A DNA stretch of 38,508 nt. Origin: Trichoplax sp. H2 (Eukaryota). The position numbers were made by a program, and so were the translations under genes. Location: positions 62,001-100,508 of the forward strand of contig NOWV01000234.1 of assembly GCA_003344405.1 (NCBI GenBank), written 5' to 3'. Under the pieces are notes generated by a model that saw only the letters and a list, made by a program, of their open reading frames with translations, searched no databases and had not been told where the DNA came from. Numbering within the stretch: position 1 is the stretch's first letter; each line of letters begins with the position of its first letter. Below, in pieces: positions 36,423-38,508 of this stretch.

Positions 36423-38002
36423 GAAAGGAGTTAATAAACTGAGTATCAAGAAATAGGCTTGAGTTGAACATTTGACCTAGCAAGGTCAAGGTAGCAAGGA
36501 CTTCTAGAAATACCCAAGTGCATTTCAAGGAGTCCTTGATTGTAGGTAAAGTTCATTGAGCTCAAATCGTGCACTCATCAAAATAGACTAGAGCAGTGCA
36601 GTCCAATGAGTTTATGGTCAAGTTTGGAAAGAGTTTATGCAACAGTAGGACGAGCACAAAATGAGCGATAATGTACTCTACTGTCGATGAGATGATACTG
36701 CATGGATGGTTAATGGCAGCACTAATCTGTCAGCTGTGACTTCTTGCAAGATCGTCTACAGTTAAGTATCGAAGTAGAAAGAAAGCTAAAGTTATTATCA
36801 GCCGGCATGACTCATTTTCTGACTAGACTAAAAGCTGTACGAGTATTGATAGAGAGTGAGAGAAAGATGGCGCAGTATTGCTAACATTCGTCTTGGCCAG
36901 GGGTTGGATTGAGTCTATCGTACGATGTACTGTATGATGTTACCAGGGATTACTCTACTAAAATTCTCCCCTCCAAGTGGTCACTCAAAAATTTTCCCCT
37001 CTACTGCATTGAATTAAGAACTATTTATGCAATTTTAAAAAAAAAGGAATATCCAATAAAAACCTCACTGATTATTGGTCAAAAGCATTTCTGTTTCAAT
37101 CTCTACATTACAACAGCAATGGCAAATGGTTACCTTGTAAGCACACTTGTGTCAATGTGTGATTTCTAAAGATCAAGGGGCAAAATGCCAAATGATTTTG
37201 GATCACTCATTGATTGTACTAATTGGAATGCAGTCGTTAAAGAGTATAGGGGAAAATATTGGAGGGGAGAATTTTTCCTTGGGTAATCTTCGATATGCCA
37301 TACTGTCTCCATGGAGGTCAAGAAAGAAACACCTCTAGAAAAGTGTTTTTCTTACCTCGATGGTGAGTCTAGAACATATATACCCTAGCAGGGACTTGTG
37401 AAATAAATGCAGGGCCTTACTAGCTCATTTCCAAGGGAGAAGATGGCGGCCATGAAATGGAGGTGATCTTGTTGATAGACATCGTCATGAATGCAATTGA
37501 TGGCATGTTGTGGTTGTTCGGATATCAATCCGATACTAACCACTGCCAGCCATCAAATGTACAGCTCGCTGGCTAGGCAGAGCTTGCTGGAACGCCGCCG
37601 CGTTGCATAAACTAATAACGTTGGCGTAAGCAATTGGGCATCCTTTCTGGCAGCAACTTTTTCCTTTTCACAAGTTCTGAGGCCTGCAATGATGGGTGGC
37701 ATTCATTGCTTGCTGCAATACTCGTACAGTACTGTAGTCGATGATCATCATCGCAACAGCCATCAGTTCGGAACAGATTGGTTGCTAAGTCATAAAATTG
37801 AAGGCATTTTCTTCTGTACTTGGCAGCCAATCGCCATTCTATTACAGGATGGCTCTAGAAAATCGTCGGGATAGAGATGGACAGTATTATCCACAGATGG
37901 AAATAGGGCACCAGACATTGAAAATGCCATCATTATGGCCATCAATAGCTTGAACTATATAATCAAAAATATCACTTAAACCAGAGACTTGAAAGAAATG
38001 CT

Positions 38003-38470
38003 CCTCCAAGTCCCTACTCAAGCCAAGGAGAAATGCCCGTTGACATCAAACACATGTTATCAACCTATCGTACAATTTCCCCTTGCAGACCCGTTATGAA
38101 ACGCCCATTGACATCCAAAGGATGTCTGGAAATCTTTGGTAGAATTTTCCTTTACAGACCTCCAAGTCCCTACTCTAGCCAAGGAGAAATGCCCGTTGAC
38201 ATCAAACACATGTTATCAACCTATCGTACAATTTCCCCTTGCAGACCCATTATGAAACGCCCATTGACATCCAAAGGATGTCTGGAAATCTTTCGTAGAA
38301 TTTTCCTTTTGAGACCTCCAAGTCCCTACTCTAGCCAAGAAGAAATGCCCGTTGACATCAAACACATGTTATCAACCTATCGTACAATTTCCCCTTGCAG
38401 ACCCATTATGAAACGCCCATTGACATCCAATGGATGTCTGGAAGTCTTTCGTAGAATTTTCCTTTACAGA
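38003..38470. repeat. 156-bp tandem repeat x3
   Basis: CCTCCAAGTCCCTACTC units start at 38003, 38159, 38315; gives the 52-aa repeat ORF 38033-38473. Confidence 0.95.
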
Positions 38471-38508
38471 TGAGTCATGAAATGTCCATGACTGCAAATG
38501 GACGTTGT

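Noticed and set aside
35864..38470. Retrozyme-type (hammerhead-containing) satellites
   Set aside because: No CTGANGA...GAAA core with proper stems in the units on either strand.
38033..38473. 146-aa repeat protein
   Set aside because: Coincides exactly with a 156-bp tandem repeat; no known domain.

Overview
AT-rich eukaryotic (animal) genomic DNA with two 20-N scaffold gaps. Many ~70-150 bp introns and the divergence of the proteins suggest a basal metazoan such as a placozoan (Trichoplax-like); this is inference, not proven. I reconstructed three complete spliced genes by hand, with all introns GT-AG and all phases consistent. (1) INPP4-family inositol polyphosphate 4-phosphatase, + strand, 6088-20656, 34 exons, ~1008 aa, PH-C2-phosphatase, catalytic motif CKSGKDRT. 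(2) RNF14/ARA54 RWD-RBR E3 ligase, - strand, 24504-21412, 2 exons, ~462 aa. (3) WDR37, - strand, 34464-26531, 14 exons, ~463 aa. Almost all ORFs in the supplied track are artefacts of tandem repeats, introns or antisense frames. Large introns and intergenic spacers are filled with many unrelated local tandem-repeat families, from near-perfect to highly decayed, and I saw no recognisable transposon ORF. The best candidates for something new are four. A signal-peptide-encoding, phase-compatible alternative first exon (or nested secreted gene) lies inside INPP4 intron 2. A ~350 nt, ~57% GC, extensively self-complementary element lies upstream of WDR37. The RNF14 intron has grown by tandem duplication of its own exon-1/donor junction. 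The INPP4 protein combines a PHETA-like PH domain with a SopB/IpgD-type active-site loop.
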